Below, piece after piece: positions 1-9,830 of a stretch of DNA of 64,000 bases. The notes beneath the pieces were generated by a model, which searched no databases, was not told the DNA's origin, and worked only from the letters and a program-made list of their open reading frames with translations. The stretch lies in the NCBI GenBank assembly GCA_038249055.1, contig JBBRWS010000005.1, positions 1,822 through 65,821 on the forward strand. Reading direction: 5' to 3'. The DNA is from Minisyncoccia bacterium. Lineage in GTDB: Bacteria > Patescibacteriota > Minisyncoccia > Phycocordibacterales > UBA9973. A program made the translations under genes and the position numbers. Position 1 is the first letter of the stretch. Each line of letters starts with the position of its first letter.

Positions 1-66
1 ATGTTGTCCAACAGCAACTCCAAAAGTACCTAGTACTAATAGAATTATTAATACTCTTTTTTTCAT
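1..66 (-). CDS. 5' end of a secreted/membrane protein (runs off window)
   Basis: ATG at 66 reads MKKRVLIILLVLGTFGVAVGQH, signal-peptide-like. Confidence 0.6.
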   Translation of the reverse strand, partial: MKKRVLIILLVLGTFGVAVGQH

Positions 67-323
67 TTTTATAAAGTTTTAGATTGTTTTATTTGCTTCC
101 TATGCGAAAAAATAAGAAATAAATAAAACAACCTAAAACCCGACATTTGTTTAAATAGTATCATATTTAACTAAATTTGTCAATCTCCCAAGAAGGCGCC
201 CTGATATGGTTCGTTTGTCAAAATAATATTATATTAAAAAGGTTTTTATAAAAAAAACAACATATTTTATATGATGAAAATCATACTAAATATCATATTA
301 AATTTTAATTTAATATTTTTTTA

Positions 324-367
324 ATAAAAAAAAGAACCTTGATTTTATTAAGGTTCTTTTTTTTATT
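324..367. terminator. Intrinsic terminator-like hairpin
   Basis: AAAAAAAAGAACCTT...AAGGTTCTTTTTTTT inverted repeat with A/T tails downstream of 385..981. Confidence 0.7.
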
Positions 368-384
368 TAATGAAGGATATAAAA

Positions 385-981
385 TTATTTTTGGTTTATA
401 CCTTCAGCATTTTCTTTGATTTCTATTTTTACTTTATCCTCAAAGGAGTAGAAATAGATTCTGCAAATCTCATTTTTTTCAGTTTTTGCTTTAACTGGGT
501 ATTTTTTACCTTTAAATAAAAGAAATGCATTGGGATCAAGAACAAAGGTTGTATCTCTAATATTGAATAAGAAATTTACCTCATAAGTAGCATCTACTTT
601 TGAAAAATTTACGGTCACAGGAGAAGTTGCTCCTTGTCCATTTTTAATTTTAAAAGCACCGGGTGTTTTTAATAAAATGGTTTTTTCCACTGAACAAATA
701 GTGTCTATTAAGTGAACTTCCCCATTTGTAACAAAATACTTCTTTGAAAAGAAATCTCCTTCCATAATTATTTCTTTATCATTATAAAATGATACCGAAT
801 TAATTAAGTCTCCTAATTTTTTATAAAATTTTGGATGCCACGGAATAAAATTATTCTCTTCTGTTTGAATTTGTACTTTTGGGCTTTCAACAACAACTTG
901 GGGTGTTTTACAACTACTGAATATTAAAATATTCAGGCCAAAAATAGAAATCAAAAATAAAATACTCATTTGTTTTTTCAT
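385..981 (-). CDS. Hypothetical lipoprotein
   Basis: 198 aa ORF, hydrophobic N-terminus ending in lipobox-like FSSC; AGGAGG upstream. Confidence 0.75.
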   Translation of the reverse strand: MKKQMSILFLISIFGLNILIFSSCKTPQVVVESPKVQIQTEENNFIPWHPKFYKKLGDLINSVSFYNDKEIIMEGDFFSKKYFVTNGEVHLIDTICSVEKTILLKTPGAFKIKNGQGATSPVTVNFSKVDATYEVNFLFNIRDTTFVLDPNAFLLFKGKKYPVKAKTEKNEICRIYFYSFEDKVKIEIKENAEGINQK

Positions 982-1134
982 CTACTGTCCTCCTTTTTAA
1001 ATTTACATTTTTATTTTTTTCTATATTCGATGAGATGATAGAAAATTATCGATTTAAGCGAACAATATAATCTTTTACGACACTTGTCAAGTATAGATAT
1101 GATTATATATACGTTATAATAAAGGAATATGAGT

Positions 1135-1253
1135 CTTGTTAGGAGTCACGGTCTCAGTAAATAACGGAAAAAATGAAATAAAAAAAATTAATTAATTTAA
1201 CACGAGTAGACTGTAGTTAGTTTTAAGCTAACCACTACCTGCTTCTAAATGGG
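1135..1253 (+). mobile_element. CCCGTTAG-family miniature inverted-repeat element (degenerate)
   Basis: cttgttaggagtc...cctgcttctaaatggg flanked by ATGAGT at 1129 and 1254. Confidence 0.65.
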
Positions 1254-1259
1254 ATGAGT

Positions 1260-1378
1260 CCCTGTTCGCGATGTGCATGTTATACTTCTAACAGAAATTT
1301 CAAATTTTGATAAAATAAATATTATTAACTAAAATTAATCAGATACGTCCCGTCTAAGGAGGGACTATCTCTAACGGG
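1260..1378 (+). mobile_element. CCCGTTAG-family miniature inverted-repeat element abutting pilB ATG
   Basis: ccctgttcgcgat...atctctaacggg flanked by ATGAGT at 1254 and 1379. Confidence 0.65.
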
Positions 1379-3079
1379 ATGAGTATTCAATTTGATGACG
1401 AAAAACAGAAAAAAAATCTAATAGACATACGAAGACAAGAGGAAGAAGATTTAGTCCAAGTATTAGCTGAAGCTAGATATGGAATTCTTCCTATAAATCT
1501 AGCGGGGGTAATAATAGACAATAATGCATTGCGCTCTATTCCAGAAAAAGATGCTGTTTCTTTGGAAATAGCTCCTTTTAAGCTCGTGGGTAAAAACATA
1601 CATGTTGCAGTTAGATCTCCACAACCAGAAAAATTGGAGAGTTTAAATAATTATTTTACTGACCATGGATATGTGACTCATTTTTATATGGCTTCTCTTG
1701 CAAGTCTAGAAAAAGCATGGGAAAGATACAAAGAAATATCATATGCATCAGAATCAAAAATGGGAGCTGTTACTGTTTCAGGGGATATCCTAAAGTCACT
1801 CATGGCTGGTATTAAAAATATGGATGATATTAAAAATGCTATTATTGAAGCTGAAAAAGGTAAAACTCATACTACCTCTCATATTCTTGAAATTGTTTTA
1901 GCTGGTGCGATTGCAATAAATGCTTCAGATGTACACTTTGAGCCAGAAGAAAAAACTGTTCGATTAAGATTGAGACTTGATGGTGTTTTACATGAAGTAA
2001 TGGAACTAACTCCTTTTGTTCATAAATTTATAAATTCTAGAATTAAGCTTATCTCTGGGCTTAAAATTACAACTTCAGCAATTGCACAAGATGGGCGTTT
2101 CAGTATATTCTTAGATGAAAGTGAAATAAGTCTTCGTGTTTCTATAATGCCTGGAGCTTATGGGGAATCAATCGTGATGAGAATTCTTAATCCAAAATCA
2201 ATACGGGTAAAATTAGAAGATATGGGAATAGAACCAAAATTATTTGAAATTTTTATGAATGAAATAAAAAAACCAAATGGTCTTATTCTTCTTACTGGAC
2301 CAACTGGATCTGGTAAAACAACCACTCTTTATTCTTTTTTACAGAGAATTTACTCTGAGGAAATAAAAATTATTACAATAGAAGATCCTATTGAATATCA
2401 CCTACCTGGAATATCTCAAACACAAACTGATGAAGAAAAAGGTTATACATTTCTAGAGGGATTGCGTTCAGCTCTGCGCCAAGACCCTGATGTAATAATG
2501 GTGGGAGAAATCAGAGATGCTGAAACAGCCAAGACGGCGGTGGAGTCTGCTCTTACTGGTCACTTGGTTTTTTCAACTCTTCACACAAACAACGCGGCCG
2601 GAGTTATTCCCCGTTTAATTGATCTTGATATAAATCCAAAAACTTTGGTTTCGGCCTTATCTTTATCTATTGCTCAACGTTTAATAAGAAAACTTTGTAA
2701 TGATTGTAAGAAAGAAAAAATAATTTCAGAAAAAGAATCCGTAACAATAAAAAATATTATTGAGGTGGCAAAAAATAATAATAAAGATTTTTCAACTTAT
2801 GGAATAGACTTAAACGCTCCCTTTAAAATATATGAGCCTGTTGGGTGTGAAAAATGTAACAAGACTGGATATAGGGGTCAAATGGGAATATTTGAAGCAA
2901 TTTATAACGATGCGGCAATTGAAGCAATAATTCCACAAAATCCTAGTGAGCGTGAAATTAAAAAAATAGCAGCAAAACAAGGTACTTTAAATATGAAAGA
3001 GGATGGAATTGTTAAGGTGTTAAAAGGGATTACCTCTCTTGAAGAAGTAGGAAGTGTTGTAGACTTACTTGAAGAATAA
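1379..3079 (+). CDS. pilB: Type IV pilus / T2SS assembly ATPase (GspE/PilB family)
   Basis: ASDVHFEP, Walker A GPTGSGKTT, TIEDPIEY, LRQDPDVIMVGEIRD, tetracysteine motif. Confidence 0.92.
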   Translation: MSIQFDDEKQKKNLIDIRRQEEEDLVQVLAEARYGILPINLAGVIIDNNALRSIPEKDAVSLEIAPFKLVGKNIHVAVRSPQPEKLESLNNYFTDHGYVTHFYMASLASLEKAWERYKEISYASESKMGAVTVSGDILKSLMAGIKNMDDIKNAIIEAEKGKTHTTSHILEIVLAGAIAINASDVHFEPEEKTVRLRLRLDGVLHEVMELTPFVHKFINSRIKLISGLKITTSAIAQDGRFSIFLDESEISLRVSIMPGAYGESIVMRILNPKSIRVKLEDMGIEPKLFEIFMNEIKKPNGLILLTGPTGSGKTTTLYSFLQRIYSEEIKIITIEDPIEYHLPGISQTQTDEEKGYTFLEGLRSALRQDPDVIMVGEIRDAETAKTAVESALTGHLVFSTLHTNNAAGVIPRLIDLDINPKTLVSALSLSIAQRLIRKLCNDCKKEKIISEKESVTIKNIIEVAKNNNKDFSTYGIDLNAPFKIYEPVGCEKCNKTGYRGQMGIFEAIYNDAAIEAIIPQNPSEREIKKIAAKQGTLNMKEDGIVKVLKGITSLEEVGSVVDLLEE

Positions 3080-3080
3080 T

Positions 3081-3119
3081 AAATAAAAAACCCGACTTAA
3101 ATAGTCGGGTTTTTTATTT
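3081..3119 (+). terminator. Intrinsic terminator
   Basis: AAATAAAAAACCCGACT-taaat-AGTCGGGTTTTTTATTT perfect hairpin after pilB stop. Confidence 0.85.
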
Positions 3120-3345
3120 ATTTTAAGAAGAAAACATAAATCTCTAAACAATCCTTTGAGAGCATACACTTACAAAGTAATATAGGATTACAGGATAGGC
3201 CCAGTAAATTTGACTAAACCAGATCGTCCTACGCACAGATATAGAGCACGGGGCCGATTGCTTAGAGATTTATATCCTCTTAATTAAAATGCTATAATAA
3301 AAACGTATCAAATTTCTATAAAGAGTATATCATATTAAAAATATA

Positions 3346-4371
3346 ATGTCAAGTACAAATAAAACAAACAAATACATTCGTCCGGAGTCCTCAGTACCTT
3401 CACGGGATGAGGGTTTTTTAGACCAAACACTTCGCCCAGAGGTGTGGGGAGAGTATATTGGCCAAGAAAACATCAAGGCAAACCTCAAAATTCTACTTAC
3501 TGCTGCAGAGGAACGTGCTCATCCCGCTGAGCATATTCTTTTTTATGGTCCGCCAGGACTTGGTAAAACAACACTTGCACATTTAATAGCAAAAGAAACA
3601 CGTAGACAAATAAAAATAACGTCAGGGCCAGCAATAGAAAAAGTGGGAGACCTCGCTTCTATTTTAACAAACCTTTCACCTGGAGATATTGTTTTTATAG
3701 ATGAAATACACAGACTAAATAAGATGGTAGAGGAAATACTTTATCCAGCCATGGAGTCAGGTGTACTTGATATTATTATTGGTAAAGGACCCTCAGCTCG
3801 AACCATACAACTTGAACTTCCTCCCTTTACTCTTATTGCTGCAACAACTCGAATAGCATTGCTTTCGTCCCCTCTTCGTTCTAGATTCTCTGGGGGTGTG
3901 TTTCGTTTAGAATTTTATACTCATGATGAAATTAAAAAAATAATAAAGCGGTCTGCAAAAATCCTTGGCGTGGAATTAGAAGATGAAGCACTTGATGAAA
4001 TAGCAAAACGCTCTCGTTTTACTCCCCGTACTGCAAATTATTTTCTAAAACGCTGTCGTGATTATGCCCAAGTAAACAAAACACCTCTATCAAAAGAAGC
4101 TGTTAAAAAAGCCTTGGCATTACTTGAGATAGACGAGCTTGGGTTATCTTCTTCTGATAGGCGTATTTTAGATATAATAATTTCAAAATTTAACGGGGGT
4201 CCAGTTGGTTTAAAAACAATTGCTGCAGCTACAAGCGAAGAAGAAGCAACAATAGAAGAAGTTGTGGAACCATATTTAATTCAACTTGGGTTATTAGACC
4301 GTACTACACGTGGAAGAATTGTGACTAAAAAGGGTTACGAGCATTTGGGTTATGAGTTTACAGATAATTAA
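3346..4371 (+). CDS. ruvB: Holliday junction branch migration helicase RuvB
   Basis: LRP...[37 protein letters not shown]. Confidence 0.98.
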   Translation: MSSTNKTNKYIRPESSVPSRDEGFLDQTLRPEVWGEYIGQENIKANLKILLTAAEERAHPAEHILFYGPPGLGKTTLAHLIAKETRRQIKITSGPAIEKVGDLASILTNLSPGDIVFIDEIHRLNKMVEEILYPAMESGVLDIIIGKGPSARTIQLELPPFTLIAATTRIALLSSPLRSRFSGGVFRLEFYTHDEIKKIIKRSAKILGVELEDEALDEIAKRSRFTPRTANYFLKRCRDYAQVNKTPLSKEAVKKALALLEIDELGLSSSDRRILDIIISKFNGGPVGLKTIAAATSEEEATIEEVVEPYLIQLGLLDRTTRGRIVTKKGYEHLGYEFTDN

Positions 4372-4385
4372 AAATTAATAATTAA

Positions 4386-4551
4386 CCCAGTAGGTGATTT
4401 TACTAAATCAGAATTAATAATTTAAATACTAAAATACAAATATTTATTTTTAATTTAAATAGTCTTATTGTGGGGGCTTGTAAAGCTGTCGAGCTGAGCA
4501 CGAGGAATTTTTCAGCAGAAAGTATTTGATTCAGCTGAATCACCTCACGGG
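4386..4551. repeat. CCCAGTAG/CCCGTGAG-ended intergenic element
   Basis: cccagtaggtgattttactaaatca at left, tgattcagctgaatcacctcacggg at right; same end motif recurs at 5446, 21775, 55694, 55719. Confidence 0.6.
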
Positions 4552-4599
4552 CGTGCCCCACAAGAAGAGCTATTTAAATTAAAAAATTGAAACTTAATT

Positions 4600-5097
4600 A
4601 TGAAAATTTTATCAATTGATCCGGGATTTGAAAGAATAGGAATAGCTATTATAGAAAAAACTTTTTTAAAAAAAGATATTTTAGTTTATTCAACTTGTTT
4701 TAAGACATCAGCAAAAATTCCATTTCCAGAAAGACTTAAAAACATCGGCAATGAAATTGAAAAAAATATAAAAAAATATAAACCTGAAGCACTTGCGATT
4801 GAAAAATTATATTTTACAACAAACCAAAAAACGGTTATGGGTGTATCTGAAGCTCGTGGAACTATTATTTACGTAGCGGCAAAAAATAATCTCGCTGTTT
4901 ATGAATACACACCTCCACAAATAAAAGTGGCTGTGACGGGGTATGGTAAGGCAAGTAAGGATATGATTATGTCGATGGTTCCAAAACTTATAGATATAAA
5001 AACTACCATAAATTCTGATGACGAAATGGACGCAATAGCTGTTGGTCTTACTTGTCTAGCTTGTAAAAATATTGATTTAATAAAAAAATTATTATAG
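4600..5097 (+). CDS. ruvC: Crossover junction endodeoxyribonuclease RuvC
   Basis: ILSIDPG, AIEKLYF, EYTPPQIK..VTGYG.A.K, DDEMDAIA. Confidence 0.96.
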   Translation: MKILSIDPGFERIGIAIIEKTFLKKDILVYSTCFKTSAKIPFPERLKNIGNEIEKNIKKYKPEALAIEKLYFTTNQKTVMGVSEARGTIIYVAAKNNLAVYEYTPPQIKVAVTGYGKASKDMIMSMVPKLIDIKTTINSDDEMDAIAVGLTCLACKNIDLIKKLL

Positions 5098-5170
5098 GGC
5101 TATTTATAGCTTGTTTTAAAAGTGTTTTTTAGTGTATAAAATTTTTTATTTTTAATAATTAAACTAAAGG

Positions 5171-5179
5171 TTATCCACA
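5171..5179 (+). promoter_or_regulatory. Perfect DnaA box
   Basis: TTATCCACA upstream of a TTGCAA..TACAAA promoter-like element. Confidence 0.6.
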
Positions 5180-5249
5180 ACCCATAAGGTATTGCAAAGC
5201 AAATTAGATTTTGCTACAAATAGTAAATTATAATTTGCTTAAATTTTTT

Positions 5250-5429
5250 ATGAGCTATATTGACGATGAAGAGTTAAAATTGGGTGACACTGTTGAGGAG
5301 GAAGAATTAGAAGAAGACCTTGATCTTGAAGATGGTCTTGGTGATTTAGTTGATGATGATCTCGAAGAAGATGATCTTGCTGATGATCTTTTTGCTGATG
5401 AAGTAAAAGGGTTAGAAGACACAGAATAA
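5250..5429 (+). CDS. Small highly acidic protein (59 aa)
   Basis: MSYIDDEELKLGDTVEEEELEEDLD...; ATG at 5250 preferred over TTG 5211. Confidence 0.65.
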   Translation: MSYIDDEELKLGDTVEEEELEEDLDLEDGLGDLVDDDLEEDDLADDLFADEVKGLEDTE

Positions 5430-5445
5430 TATAAACAAAAAATAG

Positions 5446-5526
5446 CCCGTGAGGTGATTCTACTGAATCAAGGTTGTATGTCTACAAGAGACGCTTAACC
5501 TTCAATTACCAAATTGATCTACTGGG
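5446..5526. repeat. CCCGTGAG...CTACTGGG element inside a terminator-like inverted repeat
   Basis: aaaaaatagCCCGTGAGGTGATTCTACTGAATCA...CTACTGGGctatttttt. Confidence 0.6.
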
Positions 5527-5541
5527 CTATTTTTTTATTAT

Positions 5542-6738
5542 TTATATTATTATTTTACAAAATCTTTTTTTACCTATTCTGTATACACCCTTCTCAACTT
5601 TGTCTGAATGAGAAGAAACTTTTTTGTCTAAATCTAAATTTGTTATTGCCCCTCCATCTACAAGCCTACGAAATTCTCCTTTTGAAGCAACGATTTTATT
5701 TACTAAAAACAAATCAATTAATAAGTCGTTTTTTTCAGCCTTAATATTTTCAATATCATCAGGAATTTCATTTTTTTGAAAAGTATTTACAAAATTTTCC
5801 TCTGCTTGTTTTGCTTTTTTTTCTCCATGATAAATAGAAACAATTTCTCTTGCTAATCTCATTTTGAAATCACGAGGGTTAGCTTTACCAGAAATTATAT
5901 CTTTTTTAATTACTTCAATTTCAGACATCGACACATTTGTGCATAGTTCAAAACCAGAAGCTATTAGTCCGTCAGTCCAACTCATAATCTTTCCATATAT
6001 TTCTTCTGGAGAATCAGAAAGTGCTGCCATATTGCCTTCCGTCTTACCCATCTTTTTTCCAGAGTTATCTTCAAGAAGTTTTACAGCAATAACAAACTTT
6101 TCTTTATTTTTCATTGTCTTCATTAAATCCCGGCCACAAAGCATGTTGAAGGTTTGGTCATTACCCCCAATTTCCCCGTCAACATTCATAGCAACAGAAT
6201 CATAGGCCTGCATGAGTGGATACATAAATTCATTTATATGTATTGGCTTACCTTCTTTCATTCTCTTTTCAAACATGTCGCGTTCGAGCATTTGCTGTAC
6301 TGTCATTTGTGAAGCTAAGTTTAGGACATCTTCGAAATTCATTTTTTTAAGCCAGGTTGAATTAAATTTAAACTGAGCAGGATTTTTACCAGAAAATGAC
6401 AACAATGAACTTGCTTGTTTTTTATAATTTTTTAGGTTGGCCATCACTTCTTTATGTGAAAGCTGTTTTCTTGTAGCACTTTTATCTGTAGGATCCCCAA
6501 TCATTGCAGTAAAATCACCCATCAATAAAACAACATGGTGTCCGGACTTTTGAAAATCACTTAAAATTTTAATAGGAATAGAATGTCCTAAGTGAAGGGT
6601 TGGTCCAGTTGGATCAATCCCTAAATAAAGAGTAAGCTTTTCACCGCGATTCATTTTGCTTAAAATAAAATCTTTAGATGGGTATGTAGCTGAAATACCT
6701 CTAGTTAATAGGTTATTATTTTGTATATTGCTGTTCAT
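5542..6738 (-). CDS. tyrS: Tyrosine--tRNA ligase
   Basis: YLGIDPTG, HLGH, YPLMQAYD, GGNDQTFN, KMGKT, C-terminal S4-like domain. Confidence 0.98.
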   Translation of the reverse strand: MNSNIQNNNLLTRGISATYPSKDFILSKMNRGEKLTLYLGIDPTGPTLHLGHSIPIKILSDFQKSGHHVVLLMGDFTAMIGDPTDKSATRKQLSHKEVMANLKNYKKQASSLLSFSGKNPAQFKFNSTWLKKMNFEDVLNLASQMTVQQMLERDMFEKRMKEGKPIHINEFMYPLMQAYDSVAMNVDGEIGGNDQTFNMLCGRDLMKTMKNKEKFVIAVKLLEDNSGKKMGKTEGNMAALSDSPEEIYGKIMSWTDGLIASGFELCTNVSMSEIEVIKKDIISGKANPRDFKMRLAREIVSIYHGEKKAKQAEENFVNTFQKNEIPDDIENIKAEKNDLLIDLFLVNKIVASKGEFRRLVDGGAITNLDLDKKVSSHSDKVEKGVYRIGKKRFCKIII

Positions 6739-6813
6739 AATAATACTTTACCACATTAATAAATCTTTGTCCGCAAAAAATCAAATATTGTGATATGATA
6801 GCAAAATATGAGT

Positions 6814-6939
6814 CCCGTTAGAAGCTGCGGTCGCAGTGAAAGGTGGGAAATATAAGTAATTTTAGTAATTTTAGTAATTTAAGTTTAATTTAGCGGGTTG
6901 ATATCATTTTATAAATGAACGCAACCTGTTTCTAATAGG
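6814..6939 (+). mobile_element. CCCGTTAG-family miniature element abutting PBP start codon
   Basis: ATGAGT-cccgttagaagctgcggtc...acctgtttctaatagg-ATGAGA. Confidence 0.7.
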
Positions 6940-9522
6940 ATGAGAAAAAACACAAAAAAAGATTTTATTAAAAAGATTATTTCAATTGTCCGTGGTCTTC
7001 CTCTTTTTATTATAAAAACAACAAAAAAACACTTTAAAAAGGGAACTTTTAAAAATATTATTTTAATTATTTTGGGGCTTGGTCTTGTTTTTACTGGTAT
7101 TTTAATGGTTTGGATTAGTACATTACAAATTCCGGATTTTAAATATTTTAACGAAAGAAGGATTCAAAGTTCAACAAAAATATACGACAGGACTGGAACA
7201 ATACTACTTTATGATGTTCATCAAAACATCAAAAGAACTGTTATTCCTTATGAACAAATAGGAGCAAGTATTTTAAATGCAACAGTCGCGATTGAAGATT
7301 CTGAATTTTACAAACATAATGGTATTCGTATTTCTTCTATAATTAGAGCAACCTTTTGGGCCAAACTAACAGGTAAAAAAGTTCAAGGTGGTTCAACTAT
7401 CACACAGCAATTAATTAAAAATACACTTCTTACTCCGGAGGTATCTCTTTCTCGTAAAATAAAAGAATGGATTTTAGCCGTAAAACTTGAAAAAGTAATG
7501 GGTAAAGATGAAATTTTAACTCTTTATCTTAATGAAGCTCCTTATGGTGGAAATATTTATGGAATAGAAGAAGCAACAAAAGCTTTTTTTGGTAAGACTC
7601 CAAAAGAAATAACTTTAGCAGAGGCTGCTTATTTAGCTGCTATTCCAAATGGTCCAACTTATTATTCTCCTTATCGTAAAAATAAAGACAAACTTGATGA
7701 GCGCAAAAATTTAGTATTAAGAAGAATGCTTGAATTAAATTTTATAAATGAGAGTGATTATAATAATGCCAAAGCTGAAGTAGTAACATTTTTACCAGAA
7801 CAACCTATGCATATTGCAGCTCCTCATTTTGTGTTTTACATAAAGGAATATTTAGAAAATAAATATGGTGTTGATATGGTTGAAGGAGGTGGATTAAAAG
7901 TAATAACTACATTAGATTACGACCTTCAAAAAAAAACTGAGGAAATAGCGGAACAAAAAGCAAAAGAAAACGAAAAAAATTGGGATGGTAAAAATGCGGC
8001 CGTAGTTGTAATAGATCCTAAAACAGGACAAATACTTTCCATGGTTGGTTCTCGAGATTATTTTGATACAACTACAGATGGAAATTTTAATGTGGCAACA
8101 GCGGCAAGACAGCCGGGTTCTTCTTTTAAACCAATTATTTATTCCTTGGCTTTTGAAAAAGGTTACACAGAAAAAACAACATTATTTGATGTTAAAACAG
8201 AATTTAATTCTTCTTGTAACCCATCAGCTTCTTCTACTTCTCAAACATGTTATTCACCAGATAATTATGATAATGCTTTTCGTGGTCCATTAACACTTAG
8301 AGAAGGACTTGCTCAGTCTATCAACATTATTGCTGTAAAGCTTTTATATTTAGTTGGTGTATCAGATTCTATTAAACTAGCACACAATTTAGGTGTTAGT
8401 ACCTTAAAAAATGACCCAAATCAATATGGTTTGACTTTAGTTATTGGAGGTGGAGAAACTACCCTTCTTGATATGACTTCTGTTTATGGTGTTTTTGCTA
8501 ATAATGGAATAAAAAATCCTACCCAGGGTATTTTGTCTGTTGAAGATGGTCTTAATAATATTTTAGAAAAATATGAAAGTAAACCACAACAAATACTACA
8601 ACCAAACACTACGCATATTTTATCTAGTATTTTATCAGATGATATAGCAAGAACTCCTACTTTTGGAGCAAATTCTATTTTAAATATTCCAGGAAGAGAA
8701 GTAGCTGTTAAAACTGGTACTACAAACAACAACAAGGATGCTTGGACTATTGGATATACGCCCTCTGTTGCTGTCGGTGTTTGGGTTGGTAACAATGACA
8801 ACAAACCAATGAAAAAAGGTGGTGCTGCCCTTGCTGGGCCCATCTGGAATGCTGTAATGAGAGAGTCTCTTAAAAATTTACCAGTGGAGTCTTTTGAAAA
8901 ACCAAACGAAACAGACAAATCAATTCCTCCTATTCTTCGTGGTTTTTGGCAAGGAGGAGAAACCTTTACTATGGACTCTGTATTTGGAGGGTTAGCAACT
9001 GAATACACCCCAGAAGCACTAAAGAAAGAAATATCTATAACTAATGTTCATACTATTTTATATTGGATAGATAAGAAAAATCCTCTTCAGCCTTTTATTT
9101 CACCTCAATTAAATGATTCACAATATGAAAATTGGGAATATGGTGTTCAAAAATGGTGGGAGGTTAATAGTTATAAATATAAAATAGTAACATTGCTTGA
9201 TAAACCAACCACATACGACACAATTCACACAGATGAACAAAAACCTATTTTAGAAATAAATGGAATTGAAAATAAAATATATAAAAATGATGAAAATATT
9301 ACAATTTCAATAAATTCAAAAAATATAAACCCTCTTGTAAAAGTAGATGTTTTTATAAATAATATATATTTAACATCATTAAAAACAACTCCTTTTTCTA
9401 CATCTTTTATACCAAATGACATTAATGGTATTTCAAATTTAAATATTATTCGTGTTATGGGTGTTGATACCTTAGGAAACAAAGGGGAGCAAAGTATTTC
9501 TTTTAAAACAGAAAATATATAA
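6940..9522 (+). CDS. Class A penicillin-binding protein (PBP1A family)
   Basis: Transglycosylase EDxxFYxHxG, GGSTITQQ, RKIKE; transpeptidase SSFK and KTG; C-terminal Ig-like domain. Confidence 0.96.
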   Translation: MRKNTKKDFIKKIISIVRGLPLFIIKTTKKHFKKGTFKNIILIILGLGLVFTGILMVWISTLQIPDFKYFNERRIQSSTKIYDRTGTILLYDVHQNIKRTVIPYEQIGASILNATVAIEDSEFYKHNGIRISSIIRATFWAKLTGKKVQGGSTITQQLIKNTLLTPEVSLSRKIKEWILAVKLEKVMGKDEILTLYLNEAPYGGNIYGIEEATKAFFGKTPKEITLAEAAYLAAIPNGPTYYSPYRKNKDKLDERKNLVLRRMLELNFINESDYNNAKAEVVTFLPEQPMHIAAPHFVFYIKEYLENKYGVDMVEGGGLKVITTLDYDLQKKTEEIAEQKAKENEKNWDGKNAAVVVIDPKTGQILSMVGSRDYFDTTTDGNFNVATAARQPGSSFKPIIYSLAFEKGYTEKTTLFDVKTEFNSSCNPSASSTSQTCYSPDNYDNAFRGPLTLREGLAQSINIIAVKLLYLVGVSDSIKLAHNLGVSTLKNDPNQYGLTLVIGGGETTLLDMTSVYGVFANNGIKNPTQGILSVEDGLNNILEKYESKPQQILQPNTTHILSSILSDDIARTPTFGANSILNIPGREVAVKTGTTNNNKDAWTIGYTPSVAVGVWVGNNDNKPMKKGGAALAGPIWNAVMRESLKNLPVESFEKPNETDKSIPPILRGFWQGGETFTMDSVFGGLATEYTPEALKKEISITNVHTILYWIDKKNPLQPFISPQLNDSQYENWEYGVQKWWEVNSYKYKIVTLLDKPTTYDTIHTDEQKPILEINGIENKIYKNDENITISINSKNINPLVKVDVFINNIYLTSLKTTPFSTSFIPNDINGISNLNIIRVMGVDTLGNKGEQSISFKTENI

Positions 9523-9524
9523 AC

Positions 9525-9788
9525 TTATTTAATATCTAAAAAATGGGTGTCGGGTATTAAACTTTCTAATTTTATTAAAATTTGTTTTTTATAAATAAGA
9601 ACCTCACTACGTAAGATGGGGGAACCTTGTATATAAATATAACCTCCTTTTATTTTAATTGCGTCTTTTTCTATTTTATAAGAAATTTGTTCAGATATTA
9701 TTTTAACAACAAGTTCCTTTAATTCTTCTTTTTGATAAATTAGTTGTTTAAATTTATCTAAAAAATTTTTTATGTGATTATAGTCCAT
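9525..9788 (-). CDS. Small protein, possible DciA/DUF721-like
   Basis: 87 aa directly downstream of dnaN; IKGGYIYIQGSPILRSEV..KKQIL.KL pattern. Confidence 0.55.
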   Translation of the reverse strand: MDYNHIKNFLDKFKQLIYQKEELKELVVKIISEQISYKIEKDAIKIKGGYIYIQGSPILRSEVLIYKKQILIKLESLIPDTHFLDIK

Positions 9789-9830
9789 ATTTTTTAATTA
9801 TTAATTACTAATTAGTAATTAATAATTGTT

